A stretch of DNA of 63,904 nucleotides, the filler included, from Octopus bimaculoides (Eukaryota), in NCBI RefSeq assembly GCF_001194135.2. It is 4 parts of 4 records of this genome, joined end to end, with 100 filler letters (N's around TTAATTAATTAA, not from the genome) between each part and the next. Parts side by side here need not be neighbours in the genome. Positions count along the whole stretch, not along the records: positions 1 to 29,745 come from NC_069003.1; 3 more parts are not named here. One strand, written 5' to 3'. Positions 1 to 12,240 of this stretch are shown in pieces. A model generated the notes under the pieces. It had not been told where the DNA came from. It was given only the letters and a program-made list of their open reading frames with translations, and did no database searches. A program made the position numbers and the translations under genes. Numbering within the stretch: position 1 is the stretch's first letter; the number at the start of each line of letters is the position of its first letter.

Positions 1-398
1 TGTAGTGTGGTTTGGGGTGGTGTTTGTGGGTAGCAGTGGTAGTATGTATTGTTGGTCCTTTTGTGAAGGGGTTTTTTGATTTGAGGTTTAATATGAATTG
101 TGTTTCATAGTTGTGGAGCAATTTTTTGTTGTTTTCCCAGTGTTTAAGGGAAGTTAGTTCTTCCTTTTGGCATTCATCTTTCCACAGCTTAATAACATGT
201 TCGAGGGATTGCTCGTTGGAGTGTGTGGTAAGTTCGAAGAGCATCTCATCATCAATTTTTGTGTATTTTTGTTCGTGATTTTGTGCTCTAAGTTTTAAAA
301 GTTCCACTTCAGTTTTCATCTTTTCAGATGCCAGTTTTTCTCTTAGATAGCGTTGTTCTTCTGGTTCATCTATGATGTGTTTAATTTGGAATTTACGG
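1..398 (-). mobile_element. Open reading frame fragment, probably the N-terminal region of a Penelope-like element ORF; runs off the left end of the window
   Basis: Manual translation is stop-free for about 132 codons (PRKFQIKHIIDEPEEQRYLREKLASEKMKTEVELLKLRAQNHEQKYTKIDDEMLFEL...KLWKDECQKEELTSLKHWENNKK...). It was missed by the ORF track because there is no start codon. It abuts an inverted GIY-YIG fragment. The PLE assignment is inferred from context. Confidence 0.5.
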
Positions 399-527
399 GG
401 TTACCTACTTGAAGGCTCTGAATTTACCTTCAAACGAGGAACAAAGTTTAAAATTAAAACCAATTTCTCTTGTTCCTCAGGTAACCTCATTTATGTCCTT
501 ACTTGCGCAGGTTGCCAAAACTTCTAT
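399..527 (+). mobile_element. Penelope-like element GIY-YIG endonuclease fragment, truncated by an assembly gap
   Basis: YLLEGSEFTFKRGTKFKIKTNFSCSSGNLIYVLTCAGCQNFY contains the LIY..xCxxC..Y(IG) pattern of PLE endonucleases and is homologous to 11890-11990. Confidence 0.8.
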
Positions 528-1654
528 NNNNNNNNNNNNNNNNNNNNNNNNNNNNNNNNNNNNNNNNNNNNNNNNNNNNNNNNNNNNNNNNNNNNNNNNN
601 NNNNNNNNNNNNNNNNNNNNNNNNNNNNNNNNNNNNNNNNNNNNNNNNNNNNNNNNNNNNNNNNNNNNNNNNNNNNNNNNNNNNNNNNNNNNNNNNNNNN
701 NNNNNNNNNNNNNNNNNNNNNNNNNNNNNNNNNNNNNNNNNNNNNNNNNNNNNNNNNNNNNNNNNNNNNNNNNNNNNNNNNNNNNNNNNNNNNNNNNNNN
801 NNNNNNNNNNNNNNNNNNNNNNNNNNNNNNNNNNNNNNNNNNNNNNNNNNNNNNNNNNNNNNNNNNNNNNNNNNNNNNNNNNNNNNNNNNNNNNNNNNNN
901 NNNNNNNNNNNNNNNNNNNNNNNNNNNNNNNNNNNNNNNNNNNNNNNNNNNNNNNNNNNNNNNNNNNNNNNNNNNNNNNNNNNNNNNNNNNNNNNNNNNN
1001 NNNNNNNNNNNNNNNNNNNNNNNNNNNNNNNNNNNNNNNNNNNNNNNNNNNNNNNNNNNNNNNNNNNNNNNNNNNNNNNNNNNNNNNNNNNNNNNNNNNN
1101 NNNNNNNNNNNNNNNNNNNNNNNNNNNNNNNNNNNNNNNNNNNNNNNNNNNNNNNNNNNNNNNNNNNNNNNNNNNNNNNNNNNNNNNNNNNNNNNNNNNN
1201 NNNNNNNNNNNNNNNNNNNNNNNNNNNNNNNNNNNNNNNNNNNNNNNNNNNNNNNNNNNNNNNNNNNNNNNNNNNNNNNNNNNNNNNNNNNNNNNNNNNN
1301 NNNNNNNNNNNNNNNNNNNNNNNNNNNNNNNNNNNNNNNNNNNNNNNNNNNNNNNNNNNNNNNNNNNNNNNNNNNNNNNNNNNNNNNNNNNNNNNGCTTT
1401 GTGTGCGTGATTCAGAGTTTGTGTATAGTTATATATGTTAGTCAACTGAATTCCAGCATAGTCCAGTTTTCACATTCTATTTTTGAAGATTTACAATTTA
1501 ACGCTGTTAGATATAACGCTATTACGAGTGCCTTCATGTGTTATGACAATCAACAGGTGATACCGGTTTAGCAAACAGTCAATGCACTTCAACCACGCGT
1601 GCACGCGCATATTTTATCTCTTAACTTTTATTTGTTTCAGTTGTATTGTAGGAT

Positions 1655-1780
1655 CGCGGCCATGCTGGGGCACCGAATTGAAATATTTAACCGATCAAAC
1701 TGACTCTAGTACTTATTTTGTAAGCCCCATACTTATTCTATCGGTTTTTTTGGTTCAGGTTACGGGGACGTAAACAAACA
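1655..1780 (-). mobile_element. 3' fragment of SINE family B
   Basis: Reverse complement resembles the 3' part of the full copy at 21961-22385 (gtttacgtccccgtaac...gatagaataagta...ccagcatggccgc). Confidence 0.65.
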
Positions 1781-2806
1781 CATCCACAAAGACTATGTGT
1801 ATCATATAAACTCTGAAACTCGAGTACGTACGTATCATAGATCAAGATGGGAGGCTTTGTGGAGTTGATTTTGTTCTAACATTTTCTTCTTATTTCTTCC
1901 TGTTTCATGCAATTTGACTTTACAACACTTATTTCTTTTATAATTCTCCAACACTGCTCGCGGTCTGTCACATTCATGCCATCCACTTCATTAAGTTGAT
2001 ACTTGCTGACACCTATGTTATATTAAAGAACGCTGGTTATTAATTAGTGTGCTTTTGCAGCTTTTACTAAAAGAAAGCAATTACTAAAAATCTACCCTGT
2101 GTAGGAAGATTCTTAAAATTTCCACTTAATATATATACATATATATATATATATATGTATGTATATATACACATATAATATTTACCAAAATGTGGTTCTG
2201 AACACTTTTTCGACTAAATAATTTATTTTAATTAAATGTGAGATAGCGTTTTTTCAAAACCTTGCATTGCGAGATTGCACTTATTAATGTCTTACTCTCT
2301 TCCCTCTTTCTTTCTCTTTCAATTTCTTCCTTGTTTATAGTTATAAGTTGGCTAATTATTTTACTGAGATCATTGTCTGTATTATTGTAGTTCATTTGAT
2401 GAATTAGGATTAAAAAGAAATATAGTTTTCCGACTTTCCACTTCTGTAGTCCTTACAATGGTATATCGGAGACCTTCTTTGACGGCTTACACATTACAGC
2501 CCTCTGCTGCGCACAGACTTGGGGATCTTCATGTTATTTATACAAATCACACGTCACACATAGTGCAAATGCAATTCCTTCAAGACAGTTTCAACATTAG
2601 GCATAAATACACATTGCAGGACCTCCTAGTTAGAGATGTGGTCTCACCAAATGATGTTGATTATAGGCCGTGCTCGTACAACTGAAAGGTCATCATGCCG
2701 CGATAAAAATGTGTAGGACTCAGCATAACACAACATACAGATGCTTCGTAAACTTTGTTGTATGTTGATAGTCTTATACTATGTTGTTTTCCCAAAATAC
2801 ATGTAC

Positions 2807-2871
<65 letters not shown>

Positions 2872-2890
2872 CACACACACACACACACAT

Positions 2891-3542
2891 GGTGCTGAGA
2901 TCTCTTCTTGGAGATAATGGGTAACCATGTACACCCGCTCCTTTCAATCATGGTTGGGTCGTCGGCGTCTAAACTCGCTGGATCTTGGAGGAGAGTGAGA
3001 GGGCACCCATCAGAACTAAAAACAAGATCCGTTCAAACAAGAGCAGAGGAGCGCTGTCCTTGACCCTTACCACACCAAACTAAAACCCCAACGGTGGATC
3101 AAGCGGAGGACGCTAGATCTCCGAACTCAACGATTGATCCTAGCGGAAAAGGGCGATACCAGATGGACGGGCTAGAAAGTTGCAACATTAAAGACATTGG
3201 AGCTAGCGGGATTCCGTTGCAACCCATCTTCCGGACTTCGCATGGACTTTGGGCCATAGTGTGTAGGGACCCCCCGTGGCAAGGCGATCTCCACCCTAAA
3301 CACACTGACACCATCTTTGTTTTTTTTTTGTTACAAAAGCCTGACGGCGATGGGGTAAGGGTGTAGGGTGCTGGTTTTGGTGAAACTAGCTTTTCCTTTT
3401 TTGCGCTCCTTAATTTTTGCTACTGACGAATACTTTTTATAACCCAGATTTTTAAAATGAATTCATTGTCTTCTTGTATGAAACGATCGTATAGCTACAT
3501 AAATAAAAGTAATTTCAATCCATATTAACATCTAATCTCCTC
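2891..3542 (+). mobile_element. GC-rich non-coding element between microsatellites, carrying a 3' hammerhead ribozyme (PLE pseudo-LTR or retrozyme-like)
   Basis: Sharp composition change after (TATC)n(CA)n, no credible ORF, internal complementary segments, a hammerhead at 3419-3495 followed by AATAAA. Confidence 0.55.
3419..3495 (+). ncRNA. Type I hammerhead ribozyme with palindromic stem III
   Basis: gcta-CTGACGA-atac...gtat-GAA-ACGATCGT-A-tagc. Stem I is gcta/tagc, stem II atac/gtat, stem III a perfect palindrome ACGATCGT, and the cleavage triplet is GUA (cut after 3491). Confidence 0.8.
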
Positions 3543-4642
3543 NNNNNNNNNNNNNNNNNNNNNNNNNNNNNNNNNNNNNNNNNNNNNNNNNNNNNNNNNN
3601 NNNNNNNNNNNNNNNNNNNNNNNNNNNNNNNNNNNNNNNNNNNNNNNNNNNNNNNNNNNNNNNNNNNNNNNNNNNNNNNNNNNNNNNNNNNNNNNTATAT
3701 ATATACACACACATACATACATATATCCTTATGTGTGTGTGTGTGTGTGTTTGTGTGTAAAATACGCACGCACACGCATCCACACACACTCACACACAAC
3801 GCTCCCTACACACAACCCCCCCACACACACAGATGGTAAATGTTAAAAAATGTGAGGTGACAGTGACTTCGAAATTTCAGGGCTAGCAGGCCGAACCTCA
3901 AAGTCATTGTTAACATTATTCTCGTAAACATAAAACACATACTCTACAGAAAGTATTGCGAAATCTTTCATCTTAATTTCAAATTGGTTCTTTTAATAAG
4001 TCAACAGAAAAACAACCAATAATATCTATATGTACGAATGTATGTAGGTACACCTATGAATATATACAGAAACTAATGTGGTATACCATGTTCGCTGTAT
4101 TACCTATTAATACCTCTCAAGAGACACCTATGGAATATCTCGCTTATAACCTGTTATGAAATAATAAAATACTTTTTCTTCTATAAAACGGGGCAAATAT
4201 TTCTGAATGTTATCGGTTATTGGTTAATTGAATTGTTAGGAGATAAGCTTCTGGAAGTGAAAGCTCCATAGCACTCCGACTACGATTAGAGTAGAGCAGA
4301 ATAATTTTTAAGAAAGAAACTCACGAAATTGTCTGCACTGAACTGTTTATTTGTATGTTTCTTCATCTGTTTCAGTTTGCTGTTTGGTAAGAAGCTTGCT
4401 TCGCAACCATATGGCTCTAGGTTCAATCTCACCTCGTGGCACCGTCGGTAAGTGTCTTCTACAGTAGGCAAAGGCTGACCAAAGCCTTAAGAGCGGAATT
4501 GGCAGACGGAAACTGAAAGAAGAGCGTCGTACATATATATATATANNNNNNNNNNNNNNNNNNNNNNNNNNNNNNNNNNNNNNNNNNNNNNNNNNNNNNN
4601 NNNNNNNNNNNNNNNNNNNNNNNNNNNNNNNNNNNTATATAG

Positions 4643-5104
4643 AAATTCATAAGAGTAGTACAACAAGGTACCGATATTTACGGGACAATAGCAATCGATA
4701 TAAATACGACGCTATTGTATAGCTTCACTGCGTATATACTGGCAAAAATGCGTGTGTGCAACGAAACATGAAACACTTGTCTTACCTTAGGAAGAACATA
4801 AGAAAATGAACAACCCAGATTAAGGATAATGCAGTACCCAGGTTTCAGACTTTTCAAATACGTTTCACAACGTAAATCTGATTAGTCCTCATCAGCTGCA
4901 CTCACCTAAACTTTTCAAATGTTGCTACATCAATGTCAAATATACTCGCCCGAACGCCAAGGTAAGACAAGTTTTTCATGTTTTGTTGCACACACGCATT
5001 TTTGCCAGTATATACGCAGTGAAGCTAAACAATAGCGTCGTATTTATATCGATTGCTATTGTCCAGTAAATATCGGTACCTTGTTGTACTACTCTTATGA
5101 ATTT
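4643..5104. mobile_element. Foldback element: 146-bp inverted arms (4643-4788, 4959-5104) around a 170-bp spacer containing a hammerhead
   Basis: Arms aligned by eye differ at 4 of 146 positions. TA dinucleotide runs flank both ends. Confidence 0.9.
4829..4901 (-). ncRNA. Type I hammerhead ribozyme with extended stem II
   Basis: Minus strand reads gtgcag-CTGATGA-ggact aa tcaga tt tacgtt gtga aacgta tttga aa agtct-GAA-ACCTGGGT-A-ctgcat. Stem I is gtgcag/ctgcat, stem II a long hairpin, stem III self-complementary with G-U pairs, triplet GUA. Confidence 0.85.
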
Positions 5105-5745
5105 ATATATATACCCTTATAGGGCTATTTTTTGCTGGAAATTGATACATTTGTATTAATACATTTGTATTGAAATATTTTTCATNNNNNNNNNNNNNNN
5201 NNNNNNNNNNNNNNNNNNNNNNNNNNNNNNNNNNNNNNNNNNNNNNNNNNNNNNNNNNNNNNNNNNNNNNNNNNNNNNNNNNNNNNNNNNNNNNNNNNNN
5301 NNNNNNNNNNNNNNNNNNNNNNNNNNNNNNNNNNNNNNNNNNNNNNNNNNNNNNNNNNNNNNNNNNNNNNNNNNNNNNNNNNNNNNNNNNNNNNNNNNNN
5401 NNNNNNNNNNNNNNNNNNNNNNNNNNNNNNNNNNNNNNNNNNNNNNNNNNNNNNNNNNNNNNNNNNNNNNNNNNNNNNNNNNNNNNNNNNNNNNNNNNNN
5501 NNNNNNNNNNNNNNNNNNNNNNNNNNNNNNNNNNNNNNNNNNNNNNNNNNNNNNNNNNNNNNNNNNNNNNNNNNNNNNNNNNNNNNNNNNNNNNNNNNNN
5601 NNNNNNNNNNNNNNNNNNNNNNNNNNNNNNNNNNNNNNNNNNNNNNNNNNNNNNNNNNNNNNNNNNNNNNNNNNNNNNNNNNNNNNNNNNNNNNNNNNNN
5701 NNNNNNNNNNNNNNNNNNNNNNNNNNNNNNNNNNNNNNNNNNNNN

Positions 5746-5782
<37 letters not shown>

Positions 5783-6730
5783 ATGTATCTATGTATGTGT
5801 ATCTTTGTTTCTCTGTTTGTACCATACGACAACTTGACAACTGGTGCTGGTGTGTCTGCGGACCCATAACTTAGCGGTTCGGCAAAAAAGAATAAGTACT
5901 GGGGTAGATTCATTCTTCAAGGCGGTGCCCCACTATAGTCGTAGTCTAATGATTGAAATATATAAAAGCTAATGTATACCTATAGATATAAATATATGTA
6001 AATGAATGGATAACTTCCTTTAGGAATCATGAATGCACATCGTTGTGAAGTTTTGAAATGATATTGTATTAATACATGTAAGGAATCTTTTTTAAAATTT
6101 GCTGCGAATGAAGTTTGAAAGATTTTGCAAACCTGTGCCATTTGTGTAAAGAATCTGCGTTCACTTGATACGAAAGAACGCTGCGATAAAGCATATCCTT
6201 TGTTCCGTTTGATTCCGTTTTCATAGAGTCTGCATTCCCCACACGTTTCTCTTGTCATTCTCGCGGTAACTCTAGAGTACCAGGTCGCACACACACATAC
6301 ACACACACGAAAACACACACACACACGCACGCGCGTACGCACGTACGTACACCCATGCGTATATATATTTATATATATAAATATAGATATTAAATATACA
6401 TACAGATATATATATGTATATATATGCGTGTATATATATTCATATATATATGAACATATAGGCCGCCTATCTTCTGTACGGAATGTGTGTACGTGTCGAT
6501 CAGACAGCCTACGTCTTCTATTCAGAAGACCTTAACCATTCTTACAAGGTATTATTTAAAGGTGTATGTGATTCGAAATTCACTGTTCCTTAAAAGAATA
6601 TATATATATTGATATATAAATGTGCATCTAGGTATATATGAACGTATGGACATACAGCATTTGTATATGTGAATCTATGCATCCTCTCTCTCTTTCTGTA
6701 TATATATAATTATATATATATATATACATG

Positions 6731-6764
<34 letters not shown>

Positions 6765-7900
6765 NNNNNNNNNNNNNNNNNNNNNNNNNNNNNNNNNNNN
6801 NNNNNNNNNNNNNNNNNNNNNNNNNNNNNNNNNNNNNNNNNNNNNNNNNNNNNNNNNNNNNNNNNNNNNNNNNNNNNNNNNNNNNNNNNNNNNNNNNNNN
6901 NNNNNNNNNNNNNNNNNNNNNNNNNNNNNNNNNNNNNNNNNNNNNNNNNNNNNNNNNNNNNNNNNNNNNNNNNNNNNNNNNNNNNNNNNNNNNNNNNNNN
7001 NNNNNNNNNNNNNNNNNNNNNNNNNNNNNNNNNNNNNNNNNNNNNNNNNNNNNNNNNNNNNNNNNNNNNNNNNNNNNNNNNNNNNNNNNNNNNNNNNNNN
7101 NNNNNNNNNNNNNNNNNNNNNNNNNNNNNNNNNNNNNNNNNNNNNNNNNNNNNNNNNNNNNNNNNNNNNNNNNNNNNNNNNNNNNNNNNNNNNNNNNNNN
7201 NNNNNNNNNNNNNNNNNNNNNNNNNNNNNNNNNNNNNNNNNNNNNNNNNNNNNNNNNNNNNNNNNNNNNNNNNNNNNNNNNNNNNNNNNNNNNNNNNNNN
7301 NNNNNNNNNNNNNNNNNNNNNNNNNNNNNNNNNNNNNNNNNNNNNNNNNNNNNNNNNNNNNNNNNNNNNNNNNNNNNNNNNNNNNNNNNNNNNNNNNNNA
7401 TATATGATGTCTGAATACTTTTTCTCTCTTCTATAGCATACATTTATGGCGTGGTATTTTTCCCAGCATGCCTTCATATATAATAACAGTGTAACGCATT
7501 GTGTCGTTGGTGAAGTCGCTAGCAGCCATTTTAGCTCGCGAGGTTTCTTTTTGTCTTACGAGAATTGATTATGGCTTGAATTCCACTTCACAGCCAAGGA
7601 AAATTGTTATTTTCTTTGTAATCTAAAATATTGATTTCTCACATCCATTATTATGGATTAGGTTTTTTTTTTTAAACAAGAATTATTTCAATATTGATAT
7701 CTTTACAAGGGAAATATTTCCAACGAAAGTACAGCCTCATAGTTTGGACAAAAACTGCATGAAATTTTCAAAACCAAACTCAATAAAAGCCAAAAAACAA
7801 AACCCAACTTGATATTTATTAGGTGAAAGAAATTGGCTCATATACTACTACTACTACTACTACTTCTACTACTACTACTACCGTTGTCGCTAATAATAAT

Positions 7901-8108
7901 AACCACCATAGTTATAGATGCCTTAGCAATTAGCCCTAAAGATTTGAACAGATGTCTAGAGAAAATAGTGATAAAACCTAGTTTAGTGCAGTTCTAGAAA
8001 ACAGTGTTATTAAGGACAGCTAGGATACTTAGAAAGGTTCTTGGTATCTAAGGTTGCTTGTTGTAATTTTTCTCTTTCCAACAGTTTAATCTGTTTTGTG
8101 TACATGAA
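7901..8108 (+). mobile_element. 3' end of a Dong/R4-like RLE non-LTR retrotransposon
   Basis: Translates TIVIDALAISPKDLNRCLEKIVIKPSLVQF*KTVLLRTARILRKVLGI*, the typical C-terminus, and is flanked by (AAT)n on both sides. Confidence 0.75.
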
Positions 8109-8127
8109 ATAATAATAATAATAATAA

Positions 8128-8376
8128 TCCTTTCTACTTTAAGCAGAAAGCCGGAATCTGGGGGAGGGGAATAGTCGATTACATCGATTCCAGTACTCAC
8201 CTGGTACTTAGTTTATCCACCTCGAATGGATGAAAGGCAAAGTCGACCTCGGCGGAATTTGAACTCAGAACGCAGTGGCAGACGAAATACCGATGAGCAC
8301 TTCGCCCGTAAAGACAGACGAGATGCTGCTAAGTATTTTGCCCGGTGTGCTAACGATTCTGCCAGTTGGCCGCCTT
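8128..8376 (-). mobile_element. tRNA-derived SINE family A with a short internal duplication
   Basis: Reverse complement shows the family motif ggcgg..gctggcagaatcgttagcac...gttctgagttcaaattccgccgaggtcgactttgcctttcatcc, as in 53875-54105. Confidence 0.8.
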
Positions 8377-8617
8377 AGTTGAAATAATAACATTAAGAAG
8401 AAATGTAATAATGAAAATAAAAATTGTTCCATCAGAGAGAGTTTCTTATACATACGAATAAAGAGTTAAAACGTTGGGGTTATGAGCACACGTTATGATT
8501 ATCCAACAAACGTTAAATAAAAAAGAAGATAAAAATAACGAGGTTATGAAATGAAGATATTAAAATTTTTGATATATTCAAAACGCAGAATATATACGAA
8601 CTGATATAAAAATAAAG

Positions 8618-8950
8618 GGCAAAGTACTCCTTCGGTCATGAATGACCACAGGATTGCACCTAGAAAGTTTTCCTTCGAGACACAAGTCCGGGCAAGGTTG
8701 TTCGTGGAAGACCAACAGTCGCCCGTGCATATCAGACTCTTCTCTCCACGCCACCGATGTTATCCAAGAGAAAGGCAAAGGCCAGTGACGTCGCTACTCA
8801 AATCTACAGCCGAGTGATCTTGAACAATATCAAAAAAAGAAGAAAACAAATTTCTTGCGCAAGAACACAACACACAGCCTGCTCCGGGAATGGAACTCAC
8901 TATCTCATGAGTGTAAGCCCGACGTTGTAACCACTGAACCATGCGCTTTC
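8618..8950 (-). mobile_element. Degenerate tRNA-derived SINE (third family)
   Basis: tRNA-like A/B-box head on the minus strand at about 8880-8950 (atggttcagtggttacaacgtcgggc...gagttccattcccgg) followed by a repeat body. Confidence 0.5.
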
Positions 8951-10577
8951 AAAACGGTACAAAAGAATTAAAACAAAGTATAAATTAGAAAGTGATAACA
9001 CAAATTCTATGACTCAGGGAGACACTACAATTTTTATTGAATCAAATGATAAAAGAAATATATCGTTCATACATCGACTGCTGACTCCTTCCAAAAGTCA
9101 ACGAGGGTATATGTAGCGCCAACTTACTTTCGTGGTGTATACGTAATTTTCTCTTTGCTTGTTTTTGGACAAATCCTACGGACAAGGGGATAGACCTCTT
9201 CGTAATAAACGCTTCTCACACTGTCTTACTCTTGGACAAATTTTACGGGTAAGGAAATAGAGTGTCTCGTAATAACTGCCTCTCACACTTGTCGTTCTTA
9301 CTATATCTTGTCTATACTTGATATTTCCTTCTTAAACGTAACAATTCTAAATTTGTGAGTTTGTTGTTGTTATTGTTGCTCTTACAGATTAGCAAGTCAT
9401 CAAAATTGTCTTTATTCTTAGAAACAATATTATCATTCGACTAAAATTGCTTCAAAACGATGCCTCGGCATGGCCACAGTATAATGATTGAAACAAGTAA
9501 AAGGTCAAAGATAACCAGTGTGTGACAGAAACTTATATTATCCATTCAAAACCACACAAAGACTGTTAACTTCACATAAACATGTATTATTAGATTCTTT
9601 GATGTGGAACCGCGTCAGAGACCAGGTCGCAGTTGATGCGACGAACATTTTGATAACAAATAATAATATTTAAATGAATTTAACAGCCTTTGTGTGTTTC
9701 TGAATGGCTAATATGTGACTTGCACGCTGTAATTGTTTAGTTTCAACACGCGGTCTCACATCAAATCATTTCCTTGGCATGTACACTTCCGAAGCATTAT
9801 TATGGCTTGCAAGAAAATGTTATATTCTGTGTTTTGCTATATTATTACCTGCTGTCTTTTTCATTATATTCTATATTTCCCCTCTTTCCGCGCGCTCTCC
9901 CTCTCTTTCTCTATCTCTTCAATCCCTTTGCGGAGGGGCCTCCTGCCGACATGTTGTGTTCAATGTCAGTTCTCTCCACCCCTAAAAAATTTTCAAAAAT
10001 TTCTGTTTACGACAAATGAACGAAAAAGTAATAATAAAAGCTGTCAACTTTCCTTCGTGGCAATTCGCACGAACTCACGTAAAAAAAAACAAAAACAAAG
10101 CAATCCAGTTTTGAAAAATCATCAGAAAATCTAATCCAGAAAGGAGAGTATTATGAAACACGCCTTNNNNNNNNNNCTTCTTCTTCTTCTTCTTCTTCTT
10201 CTTCTTCTTCTTCTTCTTCTTCTTCTTCTTCTTCTTCTTCTCCTTCTTCTTTATACACACACACATACACATGCGTATACGTATAATACATACTGATATA
10301 TTTGTATATACTAGCGTCTCTCTCTCTCTCTATATATATACACACATTAATATATGTATATATATATTCGTACCTATATCTATCTATCTATCTATCTATC
10401 TATCTTATGCATGTAAATGAAAATATATACATGGAATTATATATAAAATATGTTGTGCATACATTTATAAAGATGAATTATTTATGTACATTTAGTAAAA
10501 GAGAGGTGGAGAGAGAAAGTGAGGAAAGATAGGGGAGAGAAAAGAGATACAGAGGAGGAGAAGGAAAGAGGGAGAAA

Positions 10578-10662
<85 letters not shown>

Positions 10663-11196
10663 AAGAAGAAGAAGAAGAAGAAGGGAAAAGTGTTGTTAAA
10701 ACGGTCTTACTCTTTTCTTGAACTAAAACGTACAATTAAAAACCACTTCAGAATATGAGAGTAAAAGACTGGAGTAAGAAGAAATTGTACAGTTAAACAG
10801 TAGCCTGTTGTTTTCTTCCATTAGAATAGGAAATGAAAAGTATTTATACCTCTACAAACTACACGAACTGTGAGACAATAGAAACACTCCAACATTAAAT
10901 TGAATAACATATTTCGATATAGGGTTCTGCGTCGATTTCTACGGTGAAAATTAAGTTGTTCGATCAACGATCGCGTTGTCAGATAAATTCGTTGGTGTTT
11001 TTCATTTTATTTTATTTTTATCATTTGTTTTACTCCTTTCATCATTGTGTTTGATGGTGATTTGTAGCGCTTTCCTTCCTCTAATGATTTTCCATGTCAT
11101 TTTTGATATTGGAGTAAATTTTACCTCTTTTCAGTTAGACGAGGAAGAAACGAACAAATTTATCCCACAACTTAATATCTATCTATCCATCTATGA

Positions 11197-11260
<64 letters not shown>

Positions 11261-11378
11261 GCATATACATTCAAACATACATACATACATATGAAAACTA
11301 GAAAATTTGGTATATTCTTATACGAAATGTTATCCTAGAAATTAAACTCACGCACACACACACACACACACACGCACA

Positions 11379-11433
<55 letters not shown>

Positions 11434-11479
11434 GTATAACCTTGCAAGTAGGATTTGTACCATAGTGTTCGAAAAAATA

Positions 11480-12240
11480 CATGAGAACTGAGACTGTGCT
11501 TAAAAACGAACTCATTGAGAGACACTACTCAATTCAACTCAGAGATGATGGGATTAAACTTGCAAAATCAATTGCCATAAAAACATTAAGAAAATCGAAC
11601 ACAGTAACATACCTACTCTGAAAATATTATCTTAAGTGTACACATACATCTCCAGAAACAACGAAGCATTCAACACCATTGTCCAAAATCTTCCAATACT
11701 CCATAAGTACATCAAACTAAAGGGAATTCTGCGTATGCATAAGATCTTTAAAAGGAATAAACAACAAAAGGCATTATAGAAGATCCTCATAAGTGCTAAA
11801 TTATCCTCAAGAATAACGGAGCGAGAGTAAAAAAATGTGGTCGACCTAACTCCGGAACATGGCCCAATCTTTTGGAAGGATCAGAATTCCATTTTAAACA
11901 AGGGTAAAAATTCAAAACTAAATGCAATTTCACTTGCGCCTCTGAAAACCTCATTTATGTCATGAGATGCTCGGGCTGTCATAAAAACTGTATAGTTTCA
12001 TAGGAATGTCCCTTAGACGTATATGTACAGTTCACAGACAACAGATCTCTTCCCCACAATATGGCTAGATACATCTCAGTTAACACATTGACAGATGTGC
12101 AGAACAACTGCAGCCACAATTTCTATTCTTCCCATTATAACAATCTGCTATTTGGATCTCAACACAAGTGTGACTAAACATAGAGGCCTCATTTATCGAA
12201 AAATATAAGCCAGAATTGAATATAAGCTCATATTGAAAAT
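11480..12240 (+). mobile_element. Degraded Penelope-like element C-terminus (Cys-rich linker plus GIY-YIG endonuclease)
   Basis: With stops and frameshifts: KKCGRPNSGTWPNLLEGSEFHFKQG*KFKTKCNFTCASENLIYVMRCSGCHKNCI...VHRQQI...FIEKYKPELN. Confidence 0.75.

Larger units (their letters stand above)
4378..5965 (+). mobile_element. SINE family B copy split at its internal (TA)n tract (head 4378-4533, tail about 5800-5965)
   Basis: Head and tail match consecutive parts of the uninterrupted copy at 21961-22385. The foldback element and N gaps lie in the TA tract between them. Confidence 0.6.

Noticed and set aside
3335-3394. Second hammerhead-like motif aaaagc-CTGACGG...GAAACTAG-ctttt upstream of the intact one
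   Set aside because: A9 is G, there is no stem II closing pair and no valid NUH. At best a dead relic.
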